Below are positions 16,658 to 25,324 of a DNA stretch of 42,670 bases, piece after piece (the first letter of the stretch is position 1; every line of letters begins with the position of its first letter). Below the pieces are notes generated by a model. That model had not been told where the DNA came from, did no database searches, and worked only from the letters and a program-made list of their open reading frames with translations. The position numbers and the translations under genes are program-made. Source of the stretch: a virus (Duplodnaviria; Caudoviricetes); the IMG/VR virus record IMGVR_UViG_3300020120_000128, positions 1 to 42,670 of that record. One strand, 5' to 3'.

Positions 16658-16869
16658 TGAGCAGCAAATTCGACCCCAAGACTGGCTGGAGCAACGCCAA
16701 GCTGACGGCCGAAGAAGTGCGCCAGATCCGCCAGCGCTATCTCCCCGGCACCAACCGTGGCGCCCTGGCCAAGGAGTACGGCGTCACCAAGCGGACCATT
16801 ACCAATGTCGTGCGCCGGATAAGCTGGGGCTGGCTGGACCCGCCGGCTATCGACACGTCGGACTGGTGA
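16657..16869 (+). CDS. Small HTH DNA-binding protein
   Basis: NAKLTAEEVRQIR...ALAKEYGVTKRTITNVVRRISW resembles the DNA-binding module found C-terminal to phage HNH endonucleases; TGATG-coupled; ends in IDTSDW. Confidence 0.78.
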   Translation: MSSKFDPKTGWSNAKLTAEEVRQIRQRYLPGTNRGALAKEYGVTKRTITNVVRRISWGWLDPPAIDTSDW

Positions 16870-16873
16870 TGCC

Positions 16874-16901
16874 TTGACATTTATCCCCGCAGGTATAGAC
16901 C
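16874..16901 (+). promoter_or_regulatory. Promoter for the lysis genes
   Basis: TTGACA-N16-TAGACC with a TTATCCCC motif in the spacer; followed by a TAAGGAGG RBS. Confidence 0.55.
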
Positions 16902-16922
16902 CCAGCGGGTAAGGAGGGCCAC

Positions 16923-17123
16923 ATGAGAACCGCAAAACAGCAAGCTGATGATTTCATAAAGGCCAATGCCGAACACCCGGTAATCTCGGGTGGTGTGCTG
17001 GAACCAAACCCCGATAAGCCGGCTAAGGGGGGCTGGTATCGGCTCTCAAATGGAGCCAAGCATAGGCTGAGTGTTGAAGCGTGCAGGCTGCTTCCCGCGG
17101 GCTACCCACGGTGGAAGCTATGA
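16923..17123 (+). CDS. Hypothetical protein
   Basis: 66 aa, perfect TAAGGAGG RBS. Confidence 0.7.
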   Translation: MRTAKQQADDFIKANAEHPVISGGVLEPNPDKPAKGGWYRLSNGAKHRLSVEACRLLPAGYPRWKL

Positions 17124-17911
17124 GCTATCTTGATTTCGCCGCCACCCTGGTCAAGCGCCTGGAGGCCTGCAAGCTGGTCGGCTACGCCGATACCGGCGGC
17201 ATCCCGACCGATGGCTATGGCCATACCGGGCCGGAAGTGCGCATTGGCCGCCCCATCACCCAGGCGCAAGCCGATCAGGCCCTGCTCTGCGATCTCATCA
17301 AGGCGGATTGCCGGCTGGAGAGCGTCTGCTACCCGTCAGTGCTCGGCACGCTGCACGATCATCAGCGCGCGGCGCTGGTCTCCTTCGTCTTCAATGTCGG
17401 CGCACAGCCGGCCTGGACGATCTGGAAAGACCTCGACGACCGCAAGTTCGACGACGTGCCGGTGCAGCTCAAGCGCTTCGACAAGGGCAGGGTCAACGGC
17501 AAGCTGACTGTGATCCGGGGGCTGGATAATCGCCGCGATGCCGAGATTGCCTTCTGGAATACCGCTGACGTGGAAGTGGCGGCGAAGCTGGCCCGGCCGC
17601 AAGGCCCCGGCAGCGGCGTCGATCTGGCGCCACCCTCGCACACCACGGTCAATATGATTACCCCGCCCACGCCCGAACCCGCCCCGCCCATGGCCAAGGT
17701 CTCACTGGCAGCCAAGGCGGTGACGGTGATCGGTGGCGGCTTTACCTGGCTCGCCAGCAACGCCCAGCAGGTGCATGGCGTGGTATCGCCCTATGCCGAC
17801 AATGCCAAGGCCTTCGCCACACTGGACAGTATCGCGGTCGGGGCGATCATCGCCGCCGGCATCGCCGGCATCCTGATCCATGAATACCAGGCGCATGAGA
17901 GGACAGTATGA
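17120..17911 (+). CDS. Endolysin, GH24 phage lysozyme with hydrophobic C-terminal extension
   Basis: E-x8-D-x5-T triad in LEACKLVGYADTGGIPTDGYGHT, plus ALVSFVFNVG and GLDNRRDAE; Pro-rich linker then hydrophobic helices; ATGA start at 17120. Confidence 0.92.
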   Translation: MSYLDFAATLVKRLEACKLVGYADTGGIPTDGYGHTGPEVRIGRPITQAQADQALLCDLIKADCRLESVCYPSVLGTLHDHQRAALVSFVFNVGAQPAWTIWKDLDDRKFDDVPVQLKRFDKGRVNGKLTVIRGLDNRRDAEIAFWNTADVEVAAKLARPQGPGSGVDLAPPSHTTVNMITPPTPEPAPPMAKVSLAAKAVTVIGGGFTWLASNAQQVHGVVSPYADNAKAFATLDSIAVGAIIAAGIAGILIHEYQAHERTV

Positions 17912-18027
17912 TCGGGCGTATCCTCTGCTTCTTCTGGCTCCATGACTGGAAGACCAAAGACCACGGTGTCGCATTCCGCTGGGACCGCTGCTCTCGTTGC
18001 TCCGAGTCGCGGGCGGTGCGAAACTGA
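17908..18027 (+). CDS. Small Cys/His protein (39 aa, DUF1660-like pattern)
   Basis: Below the ORF-track cutoff; coupled at both ends; MIGRILCFFWLHDWKTKDHGVAFRWDRCSRCSESRAVRN. Confidence 0.6.
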   Translation: MIGRILCFFWLHDWKTKDHGVAFRWDRCSRCSESRAVRN

Positions 18028-18581
18028 TGTTCGGCGTGCCGCTTCCGTTGCCGCTCTGGGCTATTAAGGCGATCGGCGGCGTGCTGCTGGCCTTGGCGCT
18101 GGCGGGCGCTGGCGCACGACTGGCGCATAACTGGTACGCGCCCCAACTCAAGGGCTACAAGCAGCAGGCTGCAGCGACGCAGAGCCAGGCTCGGGCCACG
18201 GCGAAGGTTCAGACCATGCTGACCAAAGTCGACGCGCCAGCCGAAGCCAAGGCGCAGACCGCGATCTCGCGCCAGACCCAGATCATTATCAAGGAGGTGC
18301 CCGTCTATGTCTCGTCTTCTCCCCTGCCTCCTGTTGGCTGCGTTACTAACGGCATGCTGCGGCTGCACGACGCGGCGGTGCTCGGGATCGACGCCGCCGG
18401 TGTTCCTCCCCCCGCCCGACAATCTGATGCGTCCTGCTCGACCACTAGCCCGAGTGACTTCATGGCCGGTATCGTCAACAACTACGCCTCCGCCCGCGCG
18501 AACGCGGAGCAACTGAATAGCCTCGAAGCGGATATCAAAGCCCGCGCCGATGCTATTGCACCGACCCCCGAAGGAGGATAA
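18027..18581 (+). CDS. Inner-membrane spanin (Rz-like)
   Basis: N-terminal TM helix, helical periplasmic region, GCVTNGMLRLHDAA; follows the endolysin and contains an embedded lipoprotein ORF. Confidence 0.78.
   Translation: MFGVPLPLPLWAIKAIGGVLLALALAGAGARLAHNWYAPQLKGYKQQAAATQSQARATAKVQTMLTKVDAPAEAKAQTAISRQTQIIIKEVPVYVSSSPLPPVGCVTNGMLRLHDAAVLGIDAAGVPPPARQSDASCSTTSPSDFMAGIVNNYASARANAEQLNSLEADIKARADAIAPTPEGG
18307..18516 (+). CDS. Outer-membrane spanin lipoprotein (Rz1-like), embedded in the +1 frame
   Basis: AAGGAGGT RBS; signal peptide MSRLLPCLLLAALLTA-C lipobox; Pro-rich mature part. Confidence 0.8.
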   Translation: MSRLLPCLLLAALLTACCGCTTRRCSGSTPPVFLPPPDNLMRPARPLARVTSWPVSSTTTPPPARTRSN

Positions 18582-18582
18582 C

Positions 18583-18822
18583 GTGCGCCTCACCCTGAAC
18601 ATCCACCATTACTTTGAAGGACCGCTGACCATGAACGACTCCCTCTCGACCCAGCTTTCCGCCCTGGTGGCCGATCTCGCGGCCAAGGACAGCACCATCT
18701 CCAGCCTGTCGTCTGTGATTGAAGGCGGCGCGGCTTCGGTCAGCACCGCGATTTCATCCGCAGTCGACGAAGAAGATACCGCCGTGGCGGCGTCGATCAG
18801 TTCGGCCTTGTCCGCCGGCTAA
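18583..18822 (+). CDS. Small Ser/Ala-rich acidic protein with SLST-type motifs
   Basis: AAGGAGG RBS before GTG 18583; DSLSTQLS, ISSLSS, SVSTAISSA. Confidence 0.7.
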   Translation: MRLTLNIHHYFEGPLTMNDSLSTQLSALVADLAAKDSTISSLSSVIEGGAASVSTAISSAVDEEDTAVAASISSALSAG

Positions 18823-18852
18823 GAGGCCCTAGGGCTCCGGCAGAGAACACCG

Positions 18853-19119
18853 TCAGGAAACTGGCGGTGTTTTCGTTTCTGGTACGGTCCTGCGGTGTAG
18901 TCGATGCCGCCTTCGCAGGCGGCGCAAACGCTTCACCCGCTCCTTGCGGCGCCGGTCCTGGAGCATGTCGCGCACGGTGTCGCTTTCCCAGATCTCCAGG
19001 CAATACCAGAGGATGGCGACGACGGCGGCCAAGGGCGGCAGCGCGTGCATGATCGAGCCGACGACCGCCCCGACCGAGATGATGTCGGCGACCGGCGACA
19101 GGTTGGGGTGGTTACTCAC
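18853..19119 (-). CDS. Putative holin
   Basis: 88 aa; hydrophobic DIISVGAVVGSIMHALPPLAAVVAILWYCLEIWESDTV followed by a very basic tail; last gene of the late operon. Confidence 0.65.
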   Translation of the reverse strand: MSNHPNLSPVADIISVGAVVGSIMHALPPLAAVVAILWYCLEIWESDTVRDMLQDRRRKERVKRLRRLRRRHRLHRRTVPETKTPPVS

Positions 19120-19196
19120 CTAATATTGCTCATAGCGATATTGCCTTCATGCCATTGGCCTCTGGCCAACTACCACGGCTCTGGGGCAGGGGCAAG

Positions 19197-20888
19197 TCAC
19201 CGTATAATTTCCATCGCGAATGACGAGGATGTCTTGACGATAGTTACGCTACTATCGCCATTGATCTCCAGCATCGCCTCGAAGTAGTCTCCAGCCGTGA
19301 CAGACAAGACCGGGCTGACAAGGTTCAACCAGATAGCGCCGGCGCTGCTGCCGTATGCCAAGACAGACGCTGATGTGGGCTCCTGCACCCCGTTCCGGAA
19401 AAACATCAGGTCGGCGAACGACCCGGTATAGGCACTTACCTGAACGCTGGCGGTCAGTCGGACATAGGTCACGCCGCTAGGCACGGACATGCGCGATGTA
19501 TTGGAGCTGGTATTATGGATGGAGTCCGTGTCGTAACTATTGGTGTCCCATGTCATGGCCGCACGAGTCGTGAAGTTGGCCGCCGTCTGGTCGGCGGATT
19601 TTGTCGCCAGCGCGCCTCGGAAGCTGCCACCGCCTCCCGACCCCGCAGCCCCCACCGTCATGATCTCCACGGCCATCTCGCGCAGCGTGATGGTGTTCGA
19701 CGCTGAGGCCGTGCCCCAGGTGACATTCACTGTCATCGCAAGGCTGCCGGTGGTATCGATCGAGCCGACGACGGCGGTGTTGGTGAGGTTGACCGAGAGG
19801 CCGGTGGTCGCCGCCGTCGAAAACTCCGCGTAGCCCTGACACTCCATCGCCCCGCTCGCGCCAATCGCGGTGACAGTGAGCAGGGCTTCCGCCCACCAGC
19901 CGCCGTTGGTCTCCCCGGCAATCGCGGTGATCGCCCCGGTGGTCAGCACCGTGACCGAGCCGATCTTGAGCGCGGCGGTGATCGTCGGGGCAACTAGGGC
20001 GGTGGAATAGATGCCGTAGATCTTGACGCGGATGACGCTGCCCACGGCCAGCGAATTGGCCGGGATGGTGTAGGAGCTGGCGAAGGCGGTCGGCGTCGTG
20101 GTGTTGGCCACGGTGTTGCCGCCCGGCACCGTGGCATCTTCATAGACAAGGGCGGCGGCCCCCGTTCCGATCGCCGTGCTGAGGCTGCTGGTGGAGGATA
20201 TCGCGCCGCTCAGCGAACTGCTGATCTGGGAGAGCGAGGTGCTCTGGGTGACGTTGGTCGAATTTGTCGTGCTCAGCGAGTTGCTGATCTGGCTGAGTGA
20301 GGTGCTTTGGTTCAGGTCAACCGTGCTGACGGCGGTGCTGAGGGAAGAAGTCGAGGATATGGCGCCGCTCAGCGAACTGCTGATCTGGGAGAGCGAGGTG
20401 CTCTGGGTGACGTTGGTCGAATTTGTCGTGCTCAGTGAATTGCTGATCTGGCTAAGCGAAGTGCTGAGGGCACTGTCATCGTCCGCACCCCCGCCTCCAA
20501 CCGCGGTGCTGAGCGAGTCGATCCGCGAATTGACGGTGCTGATCGAGCCGCTGATAACGGTGCTGACGGCGCTGCTAAGGCTGCTGGTGGAGGATATCGC
20601 GCCACTGAGCGAGCTGCTGATCTGGGAGAGGGACACAGTCTGCCCGCTGTCGACGCTGCTGACCCCGGTGCTCAGGCTGGTGGTGGCCGAAGCGGCGGTC
20701 GAAGCGACGACAGAAGCACTCTGGGCCAGCCCCGCGCCAGTGGCCACGCCCAGGGCTTTCATGCCGGTGAGGTCAAGCAGTTCGGCCGGGCCGTGGCCGG
20801 TGCCGGGGCGGCGCCCGAGGATATAGCCGGCGGGGATACCAGCGCCGCGGTTCAACCCGGGGACGACGATTTTGGGGGGCTTGCTCAT
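19197..20888 (-). CDS. Tail fibre/adhesin with Ser/Thr-rich SLST repeats and C-terminal beta-sandwich (C1q/TNF-like) domains
   Basis: 563 aa; repeats of STSLSQISSSLSGAISSTSSLSTA; two beta-rich C-terminal domains; position after the ejection proteins. Confidence 0.75.
   Translation of the reverse strand: MSKPPKIVVPGLNRGAGIPAGYILGRRPGTGHGPAELLDLTGMKALGVATGAGLAQSASVVASTAASATTSLSTGVSSVDSGQTVSLSQISSSLSGAISSTSSLSSAVSTVISGSISTVNSRIDSLSTAVGGGGADDDSALSTSLSQISNSLSTTNSTNVTQSTSLSQISSSLSGAISSTSSLSTAVSTVDLNQSTSLSQISNSLSTTNSTNVTQSTSLSQISSSLSGAISSTSSLSTAIGTGAAALVYEDATVPGGNTVANTTTPTAFASSYTIPANSLAVGSVIRVKIYGIYSTALVAPTITAALKIGSVTVLTTGAITAIAGETNGGWWAEALLTVTAIGASGAMECQGYAEFSTAATTGLSVNLTNTAVVGSIDTTGSLAMTVNVTWGTASASNTITLREMAVEIMTVGAAGSGGGGSFRGALATKSADQTAANFTTRAAMTWDTNSYDTDSIHNTSSNTSRMSVPSGVTYVRLTASVQVSAYTGSFADLMFFRNGVQEPTSASVLAYGSSAGAIWLNLVSPVLSVTAGDYFEAMLEINGDSSVTIVKTSSSFAMEIIR
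20173..20465 (-). repeat. Direct repeat of about 134 bp with a 159-bp period inside the tail fibre gene
   Basis: STSLSQISNSLSTTNSTNVTQSTSLSQISSSLSGAISSTSSLSTA is encoded twice (20173-20306 and 20332-20465); a third partial copy lies near 20569-20630. Confidence 0.85.
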
Positions 20889-23800
20889 TGGCCGGGCAAC
20901 TCTGGCGGGGTGAACTCGATGCTGTCAGGCGCCGGAGCATGCGCCGCCGCGCCAGCCCGCTTGGTTCCGATCAGCGCGCGGTCTGCCGCCTCATTGCCGC
21001 GCTCGGAGATCGCCTGCATCTGGGCATTGACCGAGTCGAGGATCTGGCGCTTGTCATGCCCGGTCAGATTGTGGTTTTCATTGACGTTCTCGACCGCCCA
21101 CTTATGCGCGTTCTGGAGCGCCGTGGCCGCCTGATGGACAAGCTGTACGTCCTGGTAGTCCGCGCCCTGCGCCTTCTGGGCCAGGTAATCCATATAGGGG
21201 CCGGCGTCGACGCCGGGCGGAATGTTCTCGCCCAGGTTCAGCTGGTGATAGGCGGCAGCCGAAGCCCCGCCCTGGTCGACGACGCGCTTGAAGGCGCTGA
21301 AATTGCCGTCGCGCAGCTCCTTGAGCAGCGAGCCGTTCTCCTTGGCCAGTCCGGCTGCCGCGTCATAGAACTGCTGGATCGGCGCGGCACTGGCGCTGGG
21401 GTAGCGCACCGCCCAGGATGAAACGCCCGGCCATTCGGAAACCTTGGTCTCGGGATAGGGGTTGCTGGGCGATCCCGCCAGTGCCTTGTCCACGCCCGCC
21501 GCAGCGACGCGCCCCATCGGACCGCCCCATTGGCTGATGTAGTTGTCGATGACCGGCGGCGACCAGCCCAGATTGGAATGCACCAGCGGCAGGTCGCTGG
21601 TATATTGGGCAAGATCGCGGGCGGCCGGGCTGGAGTATTGCGTGAACTGTTCTGCCGGCTGCACCCCGGCGATCGTGTTCTGGTTGACCAGCGGGCGGTC
21701 CTGGTGGAAGCTGTGGTTGGAGATATGCTCCAGGATCGGCGTCAGAATCGAGGCGCCGGTCAGCCCGCCCGGCGGCATCAGCGAGGCCCCCAGCGTGCTC
21801 CAGATATCGTCGGCGGCATGCGGATTGTCGGCGATGAAGGCTTCGAGCAGCATGCGCGGTAGCGCGACATAGATGGTCGAGAGGATCGGCGGCGCGGCGA
21901 TCGGGATGGGCGGGGCGCCGCCGATCGGCGGGACGATGATCCAGGCGTTGTTCTTCTGCCACTCCGGCATCGCCTTGTACCACTCTTCGTCCTTATAGGC
22001 GAACCAGGAGGCGACGGTCATCAGTGTGATCGTCGAGGCCGCCTTGATCGTGGTGTGCAGCGCATTGTATTTGGCCCCGGTGATGGTGCTGCCCAGCCCG
22101 AACTGGGCGCGCACCGACTTGTCGAGGCCGTTGAGATGGGCGGTGGTATAGGGTACCAGCGTATTCCACGCCTTGCCGACCGGGCCGCCAAAGGCCGGGC
22201 GGTGGAACGCCGCCTCGGAACTGGCCGCTGCCGCGCGCAAGGGGGTCTCGCCCTGCTCGACACCGCGCAGATAGCGCCCGAACTTGATCGGGGTCGAGAC
22301 CATCCGCGTCCATCCCGTCAACGCGTCGAAGGGCGACTTGGCCACGTTCCACATATTGCTGGCGAGGCTCTGCTCCTCCTGCCCCTGCATCACCCGCCTG
22401 ATGTAGTCGCTCTTGGAGAGGCCGTCGAAGATATGGTCGGCGCCGCCGGATTGCAGCCAGCGCTGATAGCCTTCGGCGTCATTGGTCATATGGCCCAGCC
22501 CGACCAGGAAGCTGGACACCGGCCCCTTGCTGTCGGGGTTGGTGATATACTGCCACGGCAGATCATAGGACAGCAGATGCACCGGGAACAGCGGATTGAA
22601 GCGGGTCTGGAGGTTGCGGGGGATGCTGGTGATCGTGCCGATAACCTTCATCACCACTCTACGGGCGTTCTGGTCATAGCCGCGCAGCACCCGCGTCAGT
22701 TCGGGGTCAGTGAATTTGACCCCGTACATCTTGCCGTCGCGGAAGATCGGCACCTCATCCTTGGGCAGCATGGCCCCGGCCGACTTGGCCAGGCTCGACA
22801 GCATATCTTCATCGACGCCCTGCTTCTTCATTTCGTCCATCGCGGCCACGATGTTGACATCGACCGCACGATGCTCGGTGGCTTCGTTGCCCTTGATGCC
22901 AAGATCGGCCAGCGCCACCATGGCGCGATTGTTCGACGCCAGCTCATGGCGCAGGAAGGCATCCTGCATCAGCGATTTGAGGATAGGCTCGATCAGCCGC
23001 TCCGAACCCTTGGCACCCTTGATCGGGTTCCAGATGCCGGGCTTGCCGGTCGACACCGGCTGGTAGGAGCCGTCGTCCATGCGGCGGTAGCCGGGGATGG
23101 TAGAGTCGTTCTCCGCGATCAGCGCGTCGATCTTCTTTGAGTCGTGGACGCCGGCTTCACCCAGCCACTTCAGCGTGCCGTTGCGCCAGTCGACCAGGTG
23201 CTGAAAGGCCGCGCCGAACTGCGCATCGCCCTGCGCGACGACAGCCGCAGCGTGAGTAGTGTCGACCCCTGACTGCTTGCCCTGCGCGTCCATCATCAGC
23301 GCCCATTTGGCGATAGCGTAGCCGTTCAGGAACTTGGCCTGGTCGGCCTTGCTGAACTCGGTGCCGCTGCTCTTGCCCGAGACAATATCCTCCAGGCCGT
23401 GGCCGGTGGTATTGCCGTCGAGATCGACCATGTTGCGGCTGATCGCCACCTTGGCCACCTCGCCCGAGTTCTCGGCGACGCGGAACAGCAGGTTGGGGTT
23501 GCTGTAGTCGTCGAGCGCATCGCCCTTGGTGACGCTATCGACCAGCCGGCGCACCGGGTGCATCGGGTCGAACAGCTCGCCATAGATGCGCTTGAAGGCG
23601 TCGACGCTATTGCCGAACCAGTTGGTGCCTTCGTCGGGCGCCACCCGGCTCATCACATGCTGCCACGGATCTTCATCCTCCGGCGGCTTGCCGCCCTTGC
23701 CGCTGTCTTCGGGGGGCTTGCCGCCTTCGCCGCCGTCAAGATCAAGCGCAGCCCGGTCTTCGGGGGTAAACTCGCGGCCAACATTCTCCGGGCCGCGCTC

Positions 23801-25324
23801 GATCACCCCGGCCATATCGCCGGTGGCGCCGAGATCCTTGAGGCGCCGCGCCCAGCTCTTGGCGTAGGGGGCATATTTCGGATCGCGCGCCAGCTTGGCG
23901 TATTTCTCGATGCGCAGCCGCATGAAGGCCTGCACGTCGCCGCCCGCCTCGCGCAGCCAGGTCTTGGTCTGGCCGACGCCCTCATTGACCGCGCTGTCGA
24001 AGGCCGCCAGCCGCAGCTTGGGGTCAAGCGCATCGGCGTCGATCGCACGCCAATATTCCTTGTGGTAGATCTCGCCGGCCTCCTGCTGGCTGAGATTGGC
24101 GATGTCGAGGCCGGGGTGCGCCTTGGCGCTGATGCCCCATTTGGTGACGCCGCCGGTATCCTTGGTCAGCCCGCCCTCTTCCTTGAGCACCCACGGCAGC
24201 GCTTCGTCGAAGCCGCCGATGGCGCGCGGGATGACGAACTGGCCCTGCGGCAGCGGGGTGTGCTCATTGGCCATGGTGCCGGGGCGAATGATCGGGGGCG
24301 GCGCGACATCGCTGCGGCTGCTGCCGACCGGCACTTCGGGGTGCGGCACGCCCATCATCTGCGCGCGGAAGATCGGATCGTGGACGGCGCGCGCGGCCGA
24401 GTCCTGCGGGGTCTCGCCGGTCTCGGCATAGTTCTGCATCAGCCGGGTGCGGATCGCGCGAGCGGCCGGCGCGGCCACGGCGTGGGCAGTGTGGAAGGCG
24501 CCGACGGTGACGGCCGCGTCAACGAAATCCTCCATCTTCGGCATGTGTCCGGCCAGTGTCGCCTGTGCCGTGGCCATGGTGGCGCTCTCGGTGGCGACAG
24601 TGCCGAGGAATTTCGTGACCCGGCCCGCGCCCATCTTGTCGAGCAGCGGCCCGGCGACCCCCCCGGCTCCGCCGGCAGCGATACCGACTGCGCCCGCTTC
24701 CGCGGTATCGGCCATGACCTGCCCCTGGATATGGAGGAAGTCCTCCGGGGTGCGCACCTGCCCGCTCTGCAGTGCCTTGACGTAGCGGTCGCGCTCGCTC
24801 TTGATAAGCTGCGGCAGGGCGGTCGCGCCGCCCGCACCCGCGACATAGCCGCCGACCGGGCCGCCGGCCAGCGTGCCGGTAAAGGCGCCGCCAACAGCGC
24901 CGGCAACCGACGCCGGGAAGTCGCCGACAGCTTCGCCCAGCCCTTCGGAGATCCTGGCCCCATGCCCTTCCACTGGCGTATCGTCTGGCTTGATGCCGAG
25001 CAGCGCCGCCGCCGAGGAATGGGTCAGCCCGCTGACAAAGCTCTCCGCCCAGCTTGTTGGCTTGGTCGCCGCCATGTGCTGCTGGACATTGCTCTGCGTA
25101 GCCGCGATCAATTCTTCCGGGTTGTTGAAGCCCAGGCTATGCTGGATCTGTGCGTCGGTGGCGCCCGCCTGCCGCGCCGACTGGACACGCGTGGCCAGGC
25201 TTTCGTGGATCTGGTCCCAGGTCGCGCCTTGCTGGCGTGCTGTGGTCAGCCGGTCCATCAACTGCTGGCGGTTGGCGGCAACCTGCGGATCTGGCGCGGC
25301 GGGCGTAGGCGGGGCGTCAGGCAT
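20885..25324 (-). CDS. Large internal virion (DNA ejection) protein with an embedded GH108-type lysozyme domain
   Basis: 1479 aa in the gp16-equivalent position; FDEALPWVLKEEGG..KDTGGVTKWGIS...YHKEYW...AFDSAVNEG matches GH108; the C-terminal part resembles LPD38-like regions. Confidence 0.82.
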   Translation of the reverse strand: MPDAPPTPAAPDPQVAANRQQLMDRLTTARQQGATWDQIHESLATRVQSARQAGATDAQIQHSLGFNNPEELIAATQSNVQQHMAATKPTSWAESFVSGLTHSSAAALLGIKPDDTPVEGHGARISEGLGEAVGDFPASVAGAVGGAFTGTLAGGPVGGYVAGAGGATALPQLIKSERDRYVKALQSGQVRTPEDFLHIQGQVMADTAEAGAVGIAAGGAGGVAGPLLDKMGAGRVTKFLGTVATESATMATAQATLAGHMPKMEDFVDAAVTVGAFHTAHAVAAPAARAIRTRLMQNYAETGETPQDSAARAVHDPIFRAQMMGVPHPEVPVGSSRSDVAPPPIIRPGTMANEHTPLPQGQFVIPRAIGGFDEALPWVLKEEGGLTKDTGGVTKWGISAKAHPGLDIANLSQQEAGEIYHKEYWRAIDADALDPKLRLAAFDSAVNEGVGQTKTWLREAGGDVQAFMRLRIEKYAKLARDPKYAPYAKSWARRLKDLGATGDMAGVIERGPENVGREFTPEDRAALDLDGGEGGKPPEDSGKGGKPPEDEDPWQHVMSRVAPDEGTNWFGNSVDAFKRIYGELFDPMHPVRRLVDSVTKGDALDDYSNPNLLFRVAENSGEVAKVAISRNMVDLDGNTTGHGLEDIVSGKSSGTEFSKADQAKFLNGYAIAKWALMMDAQGKQSGVDTTHAAAVVAQGDAQFGAAFQHLVDWRNGTLKWLGEAGVHDSKKIDALIAENDSTIPGYRRMDDGSYQPVSTGKPGIWNPIKGAKGSERLIEPILKSLMQDAFLRHELASNNRAMVALADLGIKGNEATEHRAVDVNIVAAMDEMKKQGVDEDMLSSLAKSAGAMLPKDEVPIFRDGKMYGVKFTDPELTRVLRGYDQNARRVVMKVIGTITSIPRNLQTRFNPLFPVHLLSYDLPWQYITNPDSKGPVSSFLVGLGHMTNDAEGYQRWLQSGGADHIFDGLSKSDYIRRVMQGQEEQSLASNMWNVAKSPFDALTGWTRMVSTPIKFGRYLRGVEQGETPLRAAAASSEAAFHRPAFGGPVGKAWNTLVPYTTAHLNGLDKSVRAQFGLGSTITGAKYNALHTTIKAASTITLMTVASWFAYKDEEWYKAMPEWQKNNAWIIVPPIGGAPPIPIAAPPILSTIYVALPRMLLEAFIADNPHAADDIWSTLGASLMPPGGLTGASILTPILEHISNHSFHQDRPLVNQNTIAGVQPAEQFTQYSSPAARDLAQYTSDLPLVHSNLGWSPPVIDNYISQWGGPMGRVAAAGVDKALAGSPSNPYPETKVSEWPGVSSWAVRYPSASAAPIQQFYDAAAGLAKENGSLLKELRDGNFSAFKRVVDQGGASAAAYHQLNLGENIPPGVDAGPYMDYLAQKAQGADYQDVQLVHQAATALQNAHKWAVENVNENHNLTGHDKRQILDSVNAQMQAISERGNEAADRALIGTKRAGAAAHAPAPDSIEFTPPELPGQ

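Noticed and set aside
19197-20888. Tail fibre repeats as a BPP-1-like diversity-generating retroelement
   Set aside because: No reverse transcriptase; the repeats are in-frame coding duplications without adenine-specific mismatches.
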